Shown: positions 11,268-21,512, counted from the first letter of the stretch. The stretch is 64,000 nt of DNA from Candidatus Oxydemutatoraceae bacterium (GCA_965218975.1 OZ244717.1:2017001-2081000); one strand, 5' to 3'. Notes: a model not told the origin generated them from the letters alone. Numbers and translations are program-made.

Positions 11268-11744
11268 ATGAGGCACACAAATAAAAAATCTCCCGCGATC
11301 GCCGCCAATCCAAATGCCGCACGCAATTATTTTATTGAGTCACGTGTTGAAACAGGCATCGTACTGCAGGGATGGGAAATCAAAAGCCTAAGGAAAAATC
11401 GCCTCAATCTGAAGGACGGACATGCACGCCTGATAAATAATGAAGTGTGGTTGATTGGCGCTCATATTTCACCCTTGTCCGACTGTGACCAAAGCGGCAG
11501 CGGAGTCAGTCCGACCCGAACACGAAAGCTTCTACTAAGAAAACATGAAATCGGCCGGCTGGTCGGAGCGGTCAATCGCAAAGGATATTCACTAGTCCCA
11601 ACTCGAGCATATTGGAAAGGAAACTTCGTTAAAATCGAACTCGTTTTGGGCAAAGGCAAGCATGTACGCGATAAGCGCGCCGCTGAAAAACTTCGTAGCT
11701 GGAATCAAAATAAAAACCGCTTGCTAAAAAAACAACCTAACTAA
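11268..11744 (+). CDS. smpB: SsrA-binding protein SmpB
   Basis: GWEIKSLR, RTRKLLL, GKGK..DKR; start placed at ATG 11268. Confidence 0.93.
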   Translation: MRHTNKKSPAIAANPNAARNYFIESRVETGIVLQGWEIKSLRKNRLNLKDGHARLINNEVWLIGAHISPLSDCDQSGSGVSPTRTRKLLLRKHEIGRLVGAVNRKGYSLVPTRAYWKGNFVKIELVLGKGKHVRDKRAAEKLRSWNQNKNRLLKKQPN

Positions 11745-11756
11745 TGTCAGCCCAGA

Positions 11757-12014
11757 TTATATTTCGCTTTTAGCGTTGCAAGCATATATTGCTCGGCGCA
11801 TATTTTTTTCTTTAATGTGCGCCATCGCAGCTGTAGCGCACTCATCCCGCGAGGAAAAAATCCCAACCGATTTCCCTTGAACATTGCTGCCTGGCTTTTT
11901 ATAAACAATACTGTGCCAATCTACGTCCACTTGGGTAGAGTGACGGCGTTCTCCTTCTTCGGTAACACAAGCCACTAACAGCGGTAATAGTGCCATTGCA
12001 AATATTAACTTCAT
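11757..12014 (-). CDS. Small hypothetical lipoprotein (85 aa)
   Basis: MKLIFAMALLPLLVAC lipobox, GGGAGA RBS; two further Cys. Confidence 0.6.
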   Translation of the reverse strand: MKLIFAMALLPLLVACVTEEGERRHSTQVDVDWHSIVYKKPGSNVQGKSVGIFSSRDECATAAMAHIKEKNMRRAIYACNAKSEI

Positions 12015-12082
12015 AGCATCTCCCAATAAATTAAAAATAAACAAAATATCCGGTAGTAATAACAGTGTATCAAAATCACCCC

Positions 12083-12762
12083 TCATTTGCTCGCGCATGT
12101 ACGTGTCCAATACATTCCGGACAAATGAGGAAGTTGCCGGGCAATGACTTGATACGGGGTCATGTAGTTTAATCCCCGGTGGGAGCGCTCATCGTTGTAG
12201 CGCTGCAAGTAATCAATTATCTGCCGGTTAAACTCACCGATGTCTTCAAGCAGTAATGCTTCCCGATAGCCGATAAACTCTTCCCGGATCGTACGGTTGA
12301 AGCGCTCGTTATAAGCATTCATTTTGAGGCATTTCGGGTAAGTATAGCAGTGGCGGATCTTTCGTTGCCGAAGGTATTGATCGAATGCGCCTTGAAACTC
12401 ACTGCCGTTGGCAGTCAATACTTGCTCGATTTTGCCCGGCAAGATCGTTTGCACCAAGGCGGCAAACCGAGCCGCTTGGGCGCTATTGCCGCGAGGCACT
12501 ACCGACGCGAAAGGCAAAGTAGCTTGAATGATCCGTTGCAGTCGGAATATAGCGTCGGCTGCCTTCGATAAAACGGATAATAGTATCGAAAGCAACACAG
12601 TGTCTGACATGCCTCGCACCGGCTCTGCTATTCAGACGCGGGCGCGGCGACTTACGTCACAACGGTTTAGCTCGACCTTTGCGGTCCAAGCGCTGCGGTG
12701 AGCAACGCATCCGACCCGGCGCATCCGCGATCAGGCGCGCAATCGTGCAGACACTCGGGCAA
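12083..12762 (-). mobile_element. IS481-family transposase remnant with one terminal inverted repeat
   Basis: Integrase-core motifs VLTANGSEF (catalytic D replaced by A), NAYNERFNRTIREEF, YNDERSHRGL; N-terminal piece PSVCTIARLIADAPGRMR in another frame (12657-12760); end TGTACGTGTCCAATACATTCCGGACA at 12098-12123. Confidence 0.8.
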
Positions 12763-12979
12763 GGTGAGACGTACCCGGAAAACCGATCGGTTTTCAGTGG
12801 TGAACGACCCGACAAGGATGTCGGGGCTGGGGTGCATTCGCAGAACCAAGTCTCGTCACGGACGACAGGCACTGTGCCGACAATCCGCCGACAAACACAA
12901 AACGGTTTCATCATCTCTTCATCATCTCAAAGACTTTACTGCTGCCGAAATTCTGCCCGGCGCAGGGTGGCATCGTACA
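12762..12979 (+). repeat. Single copy of 98-bp hairpin unit, its tail and a right terminal inverted repeat (putative MITE, left end missing)
   Basis: Near match to array unit at 49120; ends in AGGGTGGCATCGTACA (12964-12979), the reverse complement of the motif at 47577 and 49030. Confidence 0.75.
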
Positions 12980-13215
12980 CTTATGGAAAGAAAAAGACCA
13001 GCGATATCCGATATTGGTCGTAACTGTGACCTTCCCCTCATAAAGACGACCAAAATGATTGAGAGGTTTCCGTACATTTACAAAATAAAAGGCAACTATT
13101 TGCACCCTGTAAGAGAAAATCAAGGAGTCTGGGGTTCCTCTTCTTTTACTCAAATTTTATTAACGTTTAAGCCATAACTAGAATTGCTGTAGTCTTATAC
13201 AAGCAATCTATTTTC

Positions 13216-13644
13216 TCAGGAAGCATCATAAGATATGATTTCTTCTCGAACTTGGTTCATTCTTTGACGTTTTTTTTGTTTGTTACTGATTTCGCACTGC
13301 CAGATTATCAGCACATGCCATCCTGCTTTTTCTAATTCTTTGAAGTTCTCCAAATCTCGTTGCTTATTTCGGTTGATTTTCTTACGCCAAAAATCCCTAT
13401 TCGTTGTAGGCAATTTTCCTCGCGGGCAATCGTGACCATGCCAAAAACAACCGTGAACAAAAACAACAGTTTTATATTTAGGTAACACGAGATCGGGATT
13501 TCCAGGCAAATTGCCGACGTGTTTTCTGTATCTGAATCCTCCGGAGAACAAATACTTGCGGACTACGGATTCCGGTTTCGTATCCTTGCCGGATATATGC
13601 GACATGATCTCGCTGCGTTTCCGGGCGGAATAAATATCATTCAT
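13216..13644 (-). CDS. vsr: Very short patch repair endonuclease
   Basis: RSEIMS.I.GKDTKPE, FVHGCFWHGH, IIWQCEI. Confidence 0.95.
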   Translation of the reverse strand: MNDIYSARKRSEIMSHISGKDTKPESVVRKYLFSGGFRYRKHVGNLPGNPDLVLPKYKTVVFVHGCFWHGHDCPRGKLPTTNRDFWRKKINRNKQRDLENFKELEKAGWHVLIIWQCEISNKQKKRQRMNQVREEIISYDAS

Positions 13645-15476
13645 TTTGCTGCCCGGATGCCCTCTAATTTTTTGTACTTATCTATGAACTCTTGATGGTA
13701 TTTTCTCGCGTTCTCTAGTAGTTCAATATAAGTTTTAACATATACCTCCCCGGACGTTTTGTATGTCTCTATTTTCGATTGAGCAAGTCGTTCGCCGGAT
13801 GGTTTACCGCCGACCACATAAGCAACTACCCGACTTGTTGACTCTGGCGCGCTTCCGACCTGTCTTTCCAAAAACGAACGATAATCAGCCGCCTGATCTA
13901 TATCGTTTGCGCTGATCGCGTGATTAGGTCTTTTTAACTCAATACTGTTGGAAACACTCGTGCACACAAAATCTATTCTTCTGTTGGGTTCTTCCAATTC
14001 TTCATCCGGGTATTTTTCTTTGAGGAGGTTTGAGTAGGAAACCTCATTTCTAAATTCAATGATTCTGGGATCAAGCAACCAAGGAAATTTCTTGAAAAAC
14101 TTATGCAATGCAGGTACTTCCTTGGAATCTTCTCTTATATGTCTATCAAGCTCGTCAATGGTGGAAATTCTGCCCAGGGAGAGGCGATATAATTCTTTCG
14201 CTTCGACAAGTTCCCATTCTTTGAGCAATTCTACAAATTTACTGCTGTCAACCTCATCTGCCTCGGCAATGTCCGCAGCAAAATCTTTGAACGCTTCAAA
14301 CTGAAAAGCATCTTTTACATAGTTAACCAAGCTGCCCGATTTCTCTGTGTCTATACCTTCGTTTCCAATGATTTGATCAACTATTTTTCGCGCCTGCGCC
14401 TACTCATGTTTCGGCAAAGTCTTTAGCCATTCATCAACATCTGTCCCGGTTTTTTCCTTGATTTCCTCACGCCGCTCCGAATAAATTTTTTTAATAACTT
14501 TCTTTAGATAATCTCTAAGCTCTGAAGCAACCTCGTTTTCCCAGATCAATGTTTGCCTGTTGGTTCCGATAATGTCTTGTCCCAAATCGTCGATAAAATT
14601 TACGTTCAGCGACCCGGTTAAATACGCATATCCGTGACTGGAAGCTTTGTCCCCATAAAACTCATGCCTATTTACTAATTTCCCTCTTGAAAACAAGGCT
14701 ATTCCCTTCATTGACGATACAACCGGCTTCTTTGCCGATATGATTTTGCCGGTAATTTGCCCGGCACAATCATATTCAAAATTAACTTCCGAATAAGGAA
14801 AAATCCATTCGCGCTCCGTATCGATACCGTCGTACTTCATTTCATTGGTTACTTTTACAGGCCGCTTATCATTGTGAATAATCTCCGCCTCGAAATCTTT
14901 TTCATTAAAGACGGAAAATACTCTGGCCAAACTGACGGCTAAAGCATCGGGATCAAAAGGAGTTTTTCGTTTGAAACCGGTTAGCGTGACTCTGGTTCCG
15001 GACTGTTTTTCAGCACAAGGGACATTATGCTGCGTTACAGGAGCATGATACTCTTTGTTTGATTTTTTCAACTCACTCCAATCCATTTCAAAACTATTTT
15101 CTTTACTATCTCTTCGGGTAACAATCTCCACATGATCGGCAACTCCGAAAAACGACAACTTTCCGATGCCTTTCTTCCCGATAACCTTTCTGTTCCCGGA
15201 TTCCGAGCGTTGTCCGTCACCTCCTCTTCTATTGCGTCCGATCTTCAGAAATTTAGACTCCAAATCCTCAAAGGACATTCCGTGCCCGGTGTCTTCGATA
15301 ATGATTCTTTTCTCTCTTCGATCCTCCAAAAATATTTTCACGCTCGAAGCATCGGCGTCGTATGCATTCGCTACCGACTCCGCTATCACCGGCGGCAAGG
15401 TACTATACGTCCCGACCCCCAGATGTTCGATGGTGTTGGGATCAAAACTCATCTTGACTGTTTTTTGCTCTGTCAT
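13641..15476 (-). pseudogene. GHKL (MutL/HSP90-like) ATPase fused to a PD-(D/E)xK nuclease, split by an in-frame TAG at 14400-14402
   Basis: ESVANAYDADA, DTGHGM, GKKGIGK, GTRV motifs; C-terminal RIDF...IELKRP...Q...Y; both ORFs share one frame across the TAG. Confidence 0.8.
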
Positions 15477-16524
15477 AGTTTGCTTTTTACCTTGTCCTGT
15501 AATGCCAATCCTATTCTTCTTGCCAACTCAGGCGGCACGGCATTGCCGATTAGTTTGGCTATTGTCGTCATACTATCCGAATAGAACATGTAGCTACGCG
15601 GAAATGTTTGTAAAACAGCGCCTTCTCTCAAAGAGATAGCTCTATTTTCCTCCGGATGCCCGAACCTACCGTTAGACAAGCTGGTAAAGCGGGTGGTTAT
15701 CGTAGCAGCAGGCTTATCCCAAGACATCCTGCCATATACATCCCTGAAACAACTGTCTTGCCCCTTGTAGGCATTGATCTGCAAATCCCTGCAGTTACTC
15801 CAAGATTTTCTCGTGCCTCCGTCTTTCGGAGTCAAGGCAAGCCGCTTGAGCATGGTCTCCGATAACCCGGCACAACTGTGCTGAAAATTTGTTTTGTCTT
15901 TATGCCCTGCGGTAATTTTTTTGAAACCGTTCTCAAGCCCTATAAAGCTTCTCACAACAGGACCGGAATTATCCGGCAGCGGTAATTTGATGCGTTTCTG
16001 TACGCGAGAGGCAATCAGGACAAACCGTTTTCTACTCTGGGGAACACCATAGAAGTTAGTGTCTATAACACCTTCATCATAACCGTATCCGCATTTCTTC
16101 AGGAAATTGACGAAAGTGCGCAATTTACTTTTGGCGGCATTACGTTTTATTCCCGGAACGTTTTCTATCACGACATAACCGGGGTTATAGTATTCAACGA
16201 ATTTCTGAAAATAAGCTAGGAGGTTCGTACTTTGTTCGGATTTTCTCCGATCGGTATTAATAATGCTCCAATACTGACACGGGCTACAGCCGATGAAAAC
16301 AAGGTTGTTGTCATTAATCTTAATTCCTATATCCGAGAGGACTGTCATTTTTGCCTGAGTGATATCAACCGGAATAAATCGAGCACATGGGTTATTCTTA
16401 AGATATGTCTTCGCGCAGTTTTTTTATTATCTAAACCGGCCAATACGTTGATGCCCGCTCGCCTCATACCGCAAGTCATTCCGCCTCCCCCGCAGAAAAA
16501 ATCAATGGCTTTCATTCTTTTCAT
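15473..16524 (-). pseudogene. dcm: DNA (cytosine-5) methyltransferase, frameshifted in an A7 tract
   Basis: Motif I IDFFCGGGG in upstream frame; GCSPCQ, ENVPG, PQSRKRF, GNAVPP in downstream frame; one extra A at 16419-16425 joins them. Confidence 0.88.
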
Positions 16525-16772
16525 CTTATAAATTTATTCCTTCAACATGCTTCATTTGTTTGGAACAAACTCTTTTTTTATTGGCCTCTGTCATTGTTTT
16601 TATCTCTCATATTTTATCAAAATTAAAATGAAGGTTCATTTGAGTAAAGGAGCCTTCGTTTACTGTATCGACAATTTTCTCTAACTGTCTTTGTATATAT
16701 TGTCGTTCCTTAACGTCTATTATGAAACTAATGATAAAACCGAGAATGAATGAATCTGAGGATGACGCCGAA

Positions 16773-17798
16773 TCAGCCCTTTTCAAACTTATAAAGTCTT
16801 TTAAAATAGGGAAAATAACGTATTATTGTCGTGTATAGCATGATTCTCCAAACAAACTTTAATCTTGCTAAACTGCTGAGTTGACCGCGTAGAGGCAAAA
16901 TCCTATTTTTACTCATATCTTTTGACGACGGATTACTGATTTGAACTAAGAGTAAACACACTTTATTCAGTAATAAACTTATTTTCTTTTTTTTGCCATA
17001 TAACCATTTACTATCATTTTTTTGCGACTCCATAGTAGAAACAATCATATTCATTGCGGTGGATTGTTCAATTCTTTTGCGGGATTCCTCAATACTAGAT
17101 TCGGATGGACTATCGTGGATGATAATTTGCTTCCCTATCAAAGCGTAGAAGAAACTCATTGACATAAAAATATCAAATAATCGGTGATCGATCGGAGTAA
17201 AAATAGGCCCGGATTTTCTTAGGAAACACTCGCAGAATCTTTTTTTCACCAAATATCCTTGAGTGCCATAACTGACAGGAAATGGTATACCGATTCGATA
17301 TTTTTTATAAATCGTTTGAGGTCCTCTATAATGCGCGGGACGGCTGCAATTCGAACGGATACGGTGTTCTCTATAATATAAGGAGGAACACACGCCTGTA
17401 TTATACGCATTTCCTAACTGAACTATTGACCAATATTTTGGAAATCGGTCCTGATGCTTGAAGAAAAAAGTAATATCCTCACTGATAAAAACATCATCTT
17501 CTAAAATAATTGCTTGCGGAATATTCTCTTCACAAATATATCGCATCGCTTTCAAGTGACTTAAATAGCAAGCAATCTCCCTGCGCGCCAAGCGCCGACC
17601 TACATAGATTTTTGCCTTATCTTCATCATAAACCCGTTTTAAATCCCGCGCGGTTAAATCATCAGAACATATTGCTTCAATAAACTCATGCCGCACCGGT
17701 AGTTTTTCCAATTGCTTCTGCATACGAGAACGTTTTTCAATCTCTGTTGCCAGATTGATAACAAATATCGGGGGAATCAATGAGCTAACGGCTGTCAT
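16773..17798 (-). CDS. Glycosyltransferase family 25
   Basis: IFVINL...R, EIACYLSH, IILEDD, GTQGY, PID; start placed at ATG 17798, below tRNA-His. Confidence 0.85.
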   Translation of the reverse strand: MTAVSSLIPPIFVINLATEIEKRSRMQKQLEKLPVRHEFIEAICSDDLTARDLKRVYDEDKAKIYVGRRLARREIACYLSHLKAMRYICEENIPQAIILEDDVFISEDITFFFKHQDRFPKYWSIVQLGNAYNTGVCSSLYYREHRIRSNCSRPAHYRGPQTIYKKYRIGIPFPVSYGTQGYLVKKRFCECFLRKSGPIFTPIDHRLFDIFMSMSFFYALIGKQIIIHDSPSESSIEESRKRIEQSTAMNMIVSTMESQKNDSKWLYGKKKKISLLLNKVCLLLVQISNPSSKDMSKNRILPLRGQLSSLARLKFVWRIMLYTTIIRYFPYFKRLYKFEKG

Positions 17799-17811
17799 GA
17801 AAAAATTGGGC

Positions 17812-17887
17812 GGGGTGAGCGATGGGGATTGAACCCACGACCTCAGGAGCCACAATCCTGTGCTCTACCAACTGAGCTACGCCCACC
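17812..17887 (-). tRNA. tRNA-His (GTG)
   Basis: GGTGGGCGTAGCTCAGTTGG...TTGTGGC...GGTTCAATCC; G-1 present; 3' end reads CCG, not CCA. Confidence 0.93.
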
Positions 17888-17977
17888 ACTAGTAATTGAA
17901 CCTGCTACTTTACAGTTCACTCTAAATAAATTTCTGCAATAAAACAACCGCAACATTATGCCAATAATAAAAGATTA

Positions 17978-18054
17978 TGGCGCGCCTGGCAGGATTCGAA
18001 CCTGCTACCCTCGGTTTAGAAGACCGATGCTCTATCCGAATGAGCTACAGGCGC
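17978..18054 (-). tRNA. tRNA-Arg (TCT)
   Basis: Cloverleaf GCGCCTGTAGCTCA...CTTCTAA...GGTTCGAATCC...GCCA. Confidence 0.96.
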
Positions 18055-18095
18055 ATACCGTTGCCACATTACCTGGGAAATATCATTGTCAAAAT

Positions 18096-18172
18096 TGGTC
18101 GGGGCAAGAGGATTTGAACCTCCGACCCCCTGCTCCCAAAGCAGGTGCGCTACCAAACTGCGCCATGCCCCG
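18096..18172 (-). tRNA. tRNA-Pro (TGG)
   Basis: CGGGGCATGGCGCAG...TTTGGGA...GGTTCAAATCC...ACCA. Confidence 0.96.
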
Positions 18173-18287
18173 ATCAACTTATAATATCACGCTCGCGCCG
18201 TAGGAGTGAAAACATCCAACTACGTTATAGTCTATAATTACAAACTGTAATCTGGCAAAAAGGTCACTTAAACAATTACTCAAACCA

Positions 18288-18935
18288 ATGAAATCATTGA
18301 CACATTCTCTATTCCTAAAAACTTTTCTCATCTTGGCAGTCTATTGCACCGCTGCTAGTGCGGGGGAGAAAACAAACGTGATAATAAATACAACTCTGGG
18401 AAAGATAGAGCTAGAACTATTCCCCGAAAAATCACCCGCTACCGTGAAAAATTTTCTTTCCTATGTAGAGAAAAATTATTATAGCGGCACGATTTTCCAC
18501 CGCGTCATCAGCGAATTTATGATCCAAGGAGGCGGATTTACCCCGGATATGACTCAAAAGAAAACTGATCCGCCAATTAAAAATGAATCATCGAATCAAC
18601 TAAGCAATGAACGCGGAACGATTGCAATGGCACGTACTAATAATCCGGATTCGGCAACCAGCCAATTCTTTATTAACCAAGTTAATAACTTTTCTTTAGA
18701 TGCAAAACAAGGGAAACCGGGATATACAGTTTTTGGAAAAGTAGTGAACGGAATGGATGTCGTTGACAAAATTGCCAAAGTAGAAACCATTACCGTCCAA
18801 CAACATCAAAATGTCCCTAAGAAACCGATCATTATCAAAAAAATCACTCTCGAGGAACCTATCAAAGGTGGTTTTCGCGGGTACATTAAAAGCAGATTAC
18901 AGCGATTCTTCAAAAAAATATACGGTACTGCATAA
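18288..18935 (+). CDS. ppiA: Cyclophilin-type peptidyl-prolyl isomerase (signal peptide)
   Basis: FHRVI..FMIQGGG, AMART..PDSATSQFFIN, GYTVFGKV. Confidence 0.93.
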   Translation: MKSLTHSLFLKTFLILAVYCTAASAGEKTNVIINTTLGKIELELFPEKSPATVKNFLSYVEKNYYSGTIFHRVISEFMIQGGGFTPDMTQKKTDPPIKNESSNQLSNERGTIAMARTNNPDSATSQFFINQVNNFSLDAKQGKPGYTVFGKVVNGMDVVDKIAKVETITVQQHQNVPKKPIIIKKITLEEPIKGGFRGYIKSRLQRFFKKIYGTA

Positions 18936-18941
18936 AGTGAA

Positions 18942-19670
18942 ATGGAAGTAGCGCATACATTATTCATATCCGACTGTCATTTGGAAAAAACAAGACCTCA
19001 CATCATCCGCCGTTTCCAAACATTCCTGACCGAACAAGCGCCGCAAGCCGATGCTTTATATATTCTAGGCGATCTTTTTGATTATTGGATTGGAGACGAT
19101 GACGGTATTATAAGATTTTCAGACAGTATCAAAGCGCTGCGTAAATTAAGCCGGCAAACTCACATTTACTTTATGCACGGCAATCGGGATTTTTTAATCG
19201 GTAAAGAATTTGCGCGACAAGCAAACTGCACATTGCTTAAGCAACCAAAAGCCATTGACTTGTACGGTCAACGCACTTTGATCCTACATGGCGATATGTT
19301 ATGTACTCAGGATCGTGCGTACCATCGTTATCGACGCATTGTACAAAATCCCGTTACAAAATGGTTGCATCAAAAATTAAGTATTAAAATGAGGCTGAAA
19401 ATTGCACAACAGTTACGCAACATTAGCAAAGAAACTGTACAGAATACTCCGCCCTCGATTATGGATGTACACAGCGCTACCGTGATCGCTTATTTTCAAC
19501 GTTACAACGTGAATCAAATGATCCACGGACATACTCACCGGCCAGCGACTCACACGGTAAACCTTAACGACCAGATGGCACAACGCATCGTCCTCGGCGA
19601 TTGGTACCAACGGGGTAGTTACTTGCGTGTTGAGAAAAACGGTCTGAGGTTGGCTAACCTACCGGCATAA
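18942..19670 (+). CDS. lpxH: UDP-2,3-diacylglucosamine diphosphatase
   Basis: FISDCHL, LGDLFDYWIGDD, HGNRDFL, IHGHTHRP. Confidence 0.95.
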   Translation: MEVAHTLFISDCHLEKTRPHIIRRFQTFLTEQAPQADALYILGDLFDYWIGDDDGIIRFSDSIKALRKLSRQTHIYFMHGNRDFLIGKEFARQANCTLLKQPKAIDLYGQRTLILHGDMLCTQDRAYHRYRRIVQNPVTKWLHQKLSIKMRLKIAQQLRNISKETVQNTPPSIMDVHSATVIAYFQRYNVNQMIHGHTHRPATHTVNLNDQMAQRIVLGDWYQRGSYLRVEKNGLRLANLPA

Positions 19671-19690
19671 TCCCAAGAGTACGAATCGGC

Positions 19691-20932
19691 TTACCTTGCT
19701 GCTCCGGCATTAAAACCTAGCACCAAATCCATTACATTCGTGCCGGTCGGTCCGGTTTCGATCAAATCATTAGTAGCGTTAAGAAATGTTCCGGCATCGG
19801 CACTACGAAGATGATCCTCGGCATCCAAACCGGCATCACGACCACGCCAAACAGTACCGCTATCTACCAATCCTCCTGCTGCAGAAGTCGGCCCGTCAGT
19901 ACCATCGGTTCCGGCAGCAAGCAAATAAACTCCTTCCATTCCTTGTAATGCAATTGCCGCGGATAATGCCAAATGTTGATTTCGCCCGCCGCATCCCGGG
20001 TGTTCGGGCAAAGTTACAGTGGTTTCCCCACCCCAAACGAACAATTGACCGGGGTTATTACACAAAGTACGTGCCAATTCGGCGCCCGCTTCCGCCGCAT
20101 CACCGGCAAGAAATTGCGACACAACTTTTACTGGGAAACTCCGTGTTTTTGCTTTAGCTGCGGCGGCTTTTTTCGCATCGTCAAGACAGGCGATAATATG
20201 TGTGTTGACGTTTGAAAAGTATTGCACATCTGTTACCGGAGCACAATGGTAGCGGTCGAATATTTCACATGCCGACTGCGAATAAACTGACCGGTCAATC
20301 GGGTCGGCGGAATATGTTAACAAGCCTGATCCAATAACCGCCGGATTATCACCGGGCACGTCTGAAATGAGCAGGTTTAACGTCGGGCAACCTTTTAAAT
20401 ATATGGCAAGTCGTCCGGATTTTATTCGAGACAATGCACAGCGCATCCGATTCATTCGTCCGATATCCAAACCATCGGCTAATAAAGTTTGATTCAGCTT
20501 GCGTAACTCATCCAACGACATGCCGTTCGGCAAACTTTCAACCAAACTTGAGGCTCCACCCGACAACAAAAATAAAAAATGTGTCCCACTTCTTGCTCTG
20601 GTTTCCAAATAATTTAACAATGCGGCACCGGCTCGGAGCGTATCCTCGCCGGGTAACGGATGGTCGGATTCAATGCATTCAAAACGGTTGTCACGAACCA
20701 AATCCGGCAACAGGTGGTTATGTTTAGTAATTACCAGACCATCCCGGATGAAATTGTCACAACTTGCCACCGCACCAAGCGTCATATCCGCCGCCGCTTT
20801 CCCGATTGCAACTAAATTTAACGGCCGGGTCGGAGGATGCTGTGTCAGATATGCCCGAACTGCATCATGACCGCGCACTCTTGCAACACCGGAAAGATAA
20901 CACTGCAACAAAACTTCGCGGATAGCTTTCAT
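19691..20932 (-). CDS. Glycerate kinase (GckA/TtuD, MOFRL family)
   Basis: IGKAA, HPLP, LSGGASSL, ISDVPGD, GGETTV, GGRNQ, TGTNVMD. Confidence 0.9.
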   Translation of the reverse strand: MKAIREVLLQCYLSGVARVRGHDAVRAYLTQHPPTRPLNLVAIGKAAADMTLGAVASCDNFIRDGLVITKHNHLLPDLVRDNRFECIESDHPLPGEDTLRAGAALLNYLETRARSGTHFLFLLSGGASSLVESLPNGMSLDELRKLNQTLLADGLDIGRMNRMRCALSRIKSGRLAIYLKGCPTLNLLISDVPGDNPAVIGSGLLTYSADPIDRSVYSQSACEIFDRYHCAPVTDVQYFSNVNTHIIACLDDAKKAAAAKAKTRSFPVKVVSQFLAGDAAEAGAELARTLCNNPGQLFVWGGETTVTLPEHPGCGGRNQHLALSAAIALQGMEGVYLLAAGTDGTDGPTSAAGGLVDSGTVWRGRDAGLDAEDHLRSADAGTFLNATNDLIETGPTGTNVMDLVLGFNAGAAR

Positions 20933-20933
20933 T

Positions 20934-21512
20934 TCATAATATATAGACCAAGGAATTCACCGACAGTATATCAAACACTTTACACACCTCAATATTGCTC
21001 ATCCGCACACAACCGCAAGACGCCACCCTGCCAATTCTCTGTTCATCAACCGTGCCATGAATATAGATATAGCGATGCATTGTATCGAGAAAATGACCTT
21101 GATTACGACGGTATTCTAGCCCCGCAAGCCACAAAATACGTGTACAAATCGTATCCTCAGAGCTAACCGTCGCCAGCGGATTAACTTTTGCCGTGCCACG
21201 CCGGACCCTACCGACAAAACATGTCATCAAAGGCGCCCGATCGCCTATCTTTGCCGCAACATAATGCATGCCCAACGGAGTCCAACAGGAATGGAGGATC
21301 GAACCGGTGCCAAACCGCGAAGTAGAAACCGGATATGCCGCTATTAAACACAGATTTTCAATCAAATAGATCGTTTGGTAGCGGATGCTGACTAGCGCTT
21401 GGGGAAAACGGGCATATTGCGGGTAATGCTTAATCAACAGCTTGGCAAACTTTTGCCATGAGAACGGCGGACGGCGCATTTTGGTATTCGGCGCTATCAA
21501 GCAATCACTCAA
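20934..21512 (-). CDS. L,D-transpeptidase family protein
   Basis: YPVSTS..G, TPLG, YIYIHGT...ASCGCVRM. Confidence 0.85.
   Translation of the reverse strand: MSDCLIAPNTKMRRPPFSWQKFAKLLIKHYPQYARFPQALVSIRYQTIYLIENLCLIAAYPVSTSRFGTGSILHSCWTPLGMHYVAAKIGDRAPLMTCFVGRVRRGTAKVNPLATVSSEDTICTRILWLAGLEYRRNQGHFLDTMHRYIYIHGTVDEQRIGRVASCGCVRMSNIEVCKVFDILSVNSLVYIL

Noticed and set aside
12657-13177. Several overlapping short ORFs
   Set aside because: They are translations of the IS481 remnant and repeat element, with no independent coding signal.
11744-13216. tmRNA expected after smpB
   Set aside because: No GGGGC...TCCACCA tRNA-like ends or tag frame found; the GGGGCTG at 12823 belongs to the repeat unit.
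17799-18203. ORF 17958-18203 and the N-terminal extension of the GT25 ORF to 17855
   Set aside because: Both overlap tRNA genes.
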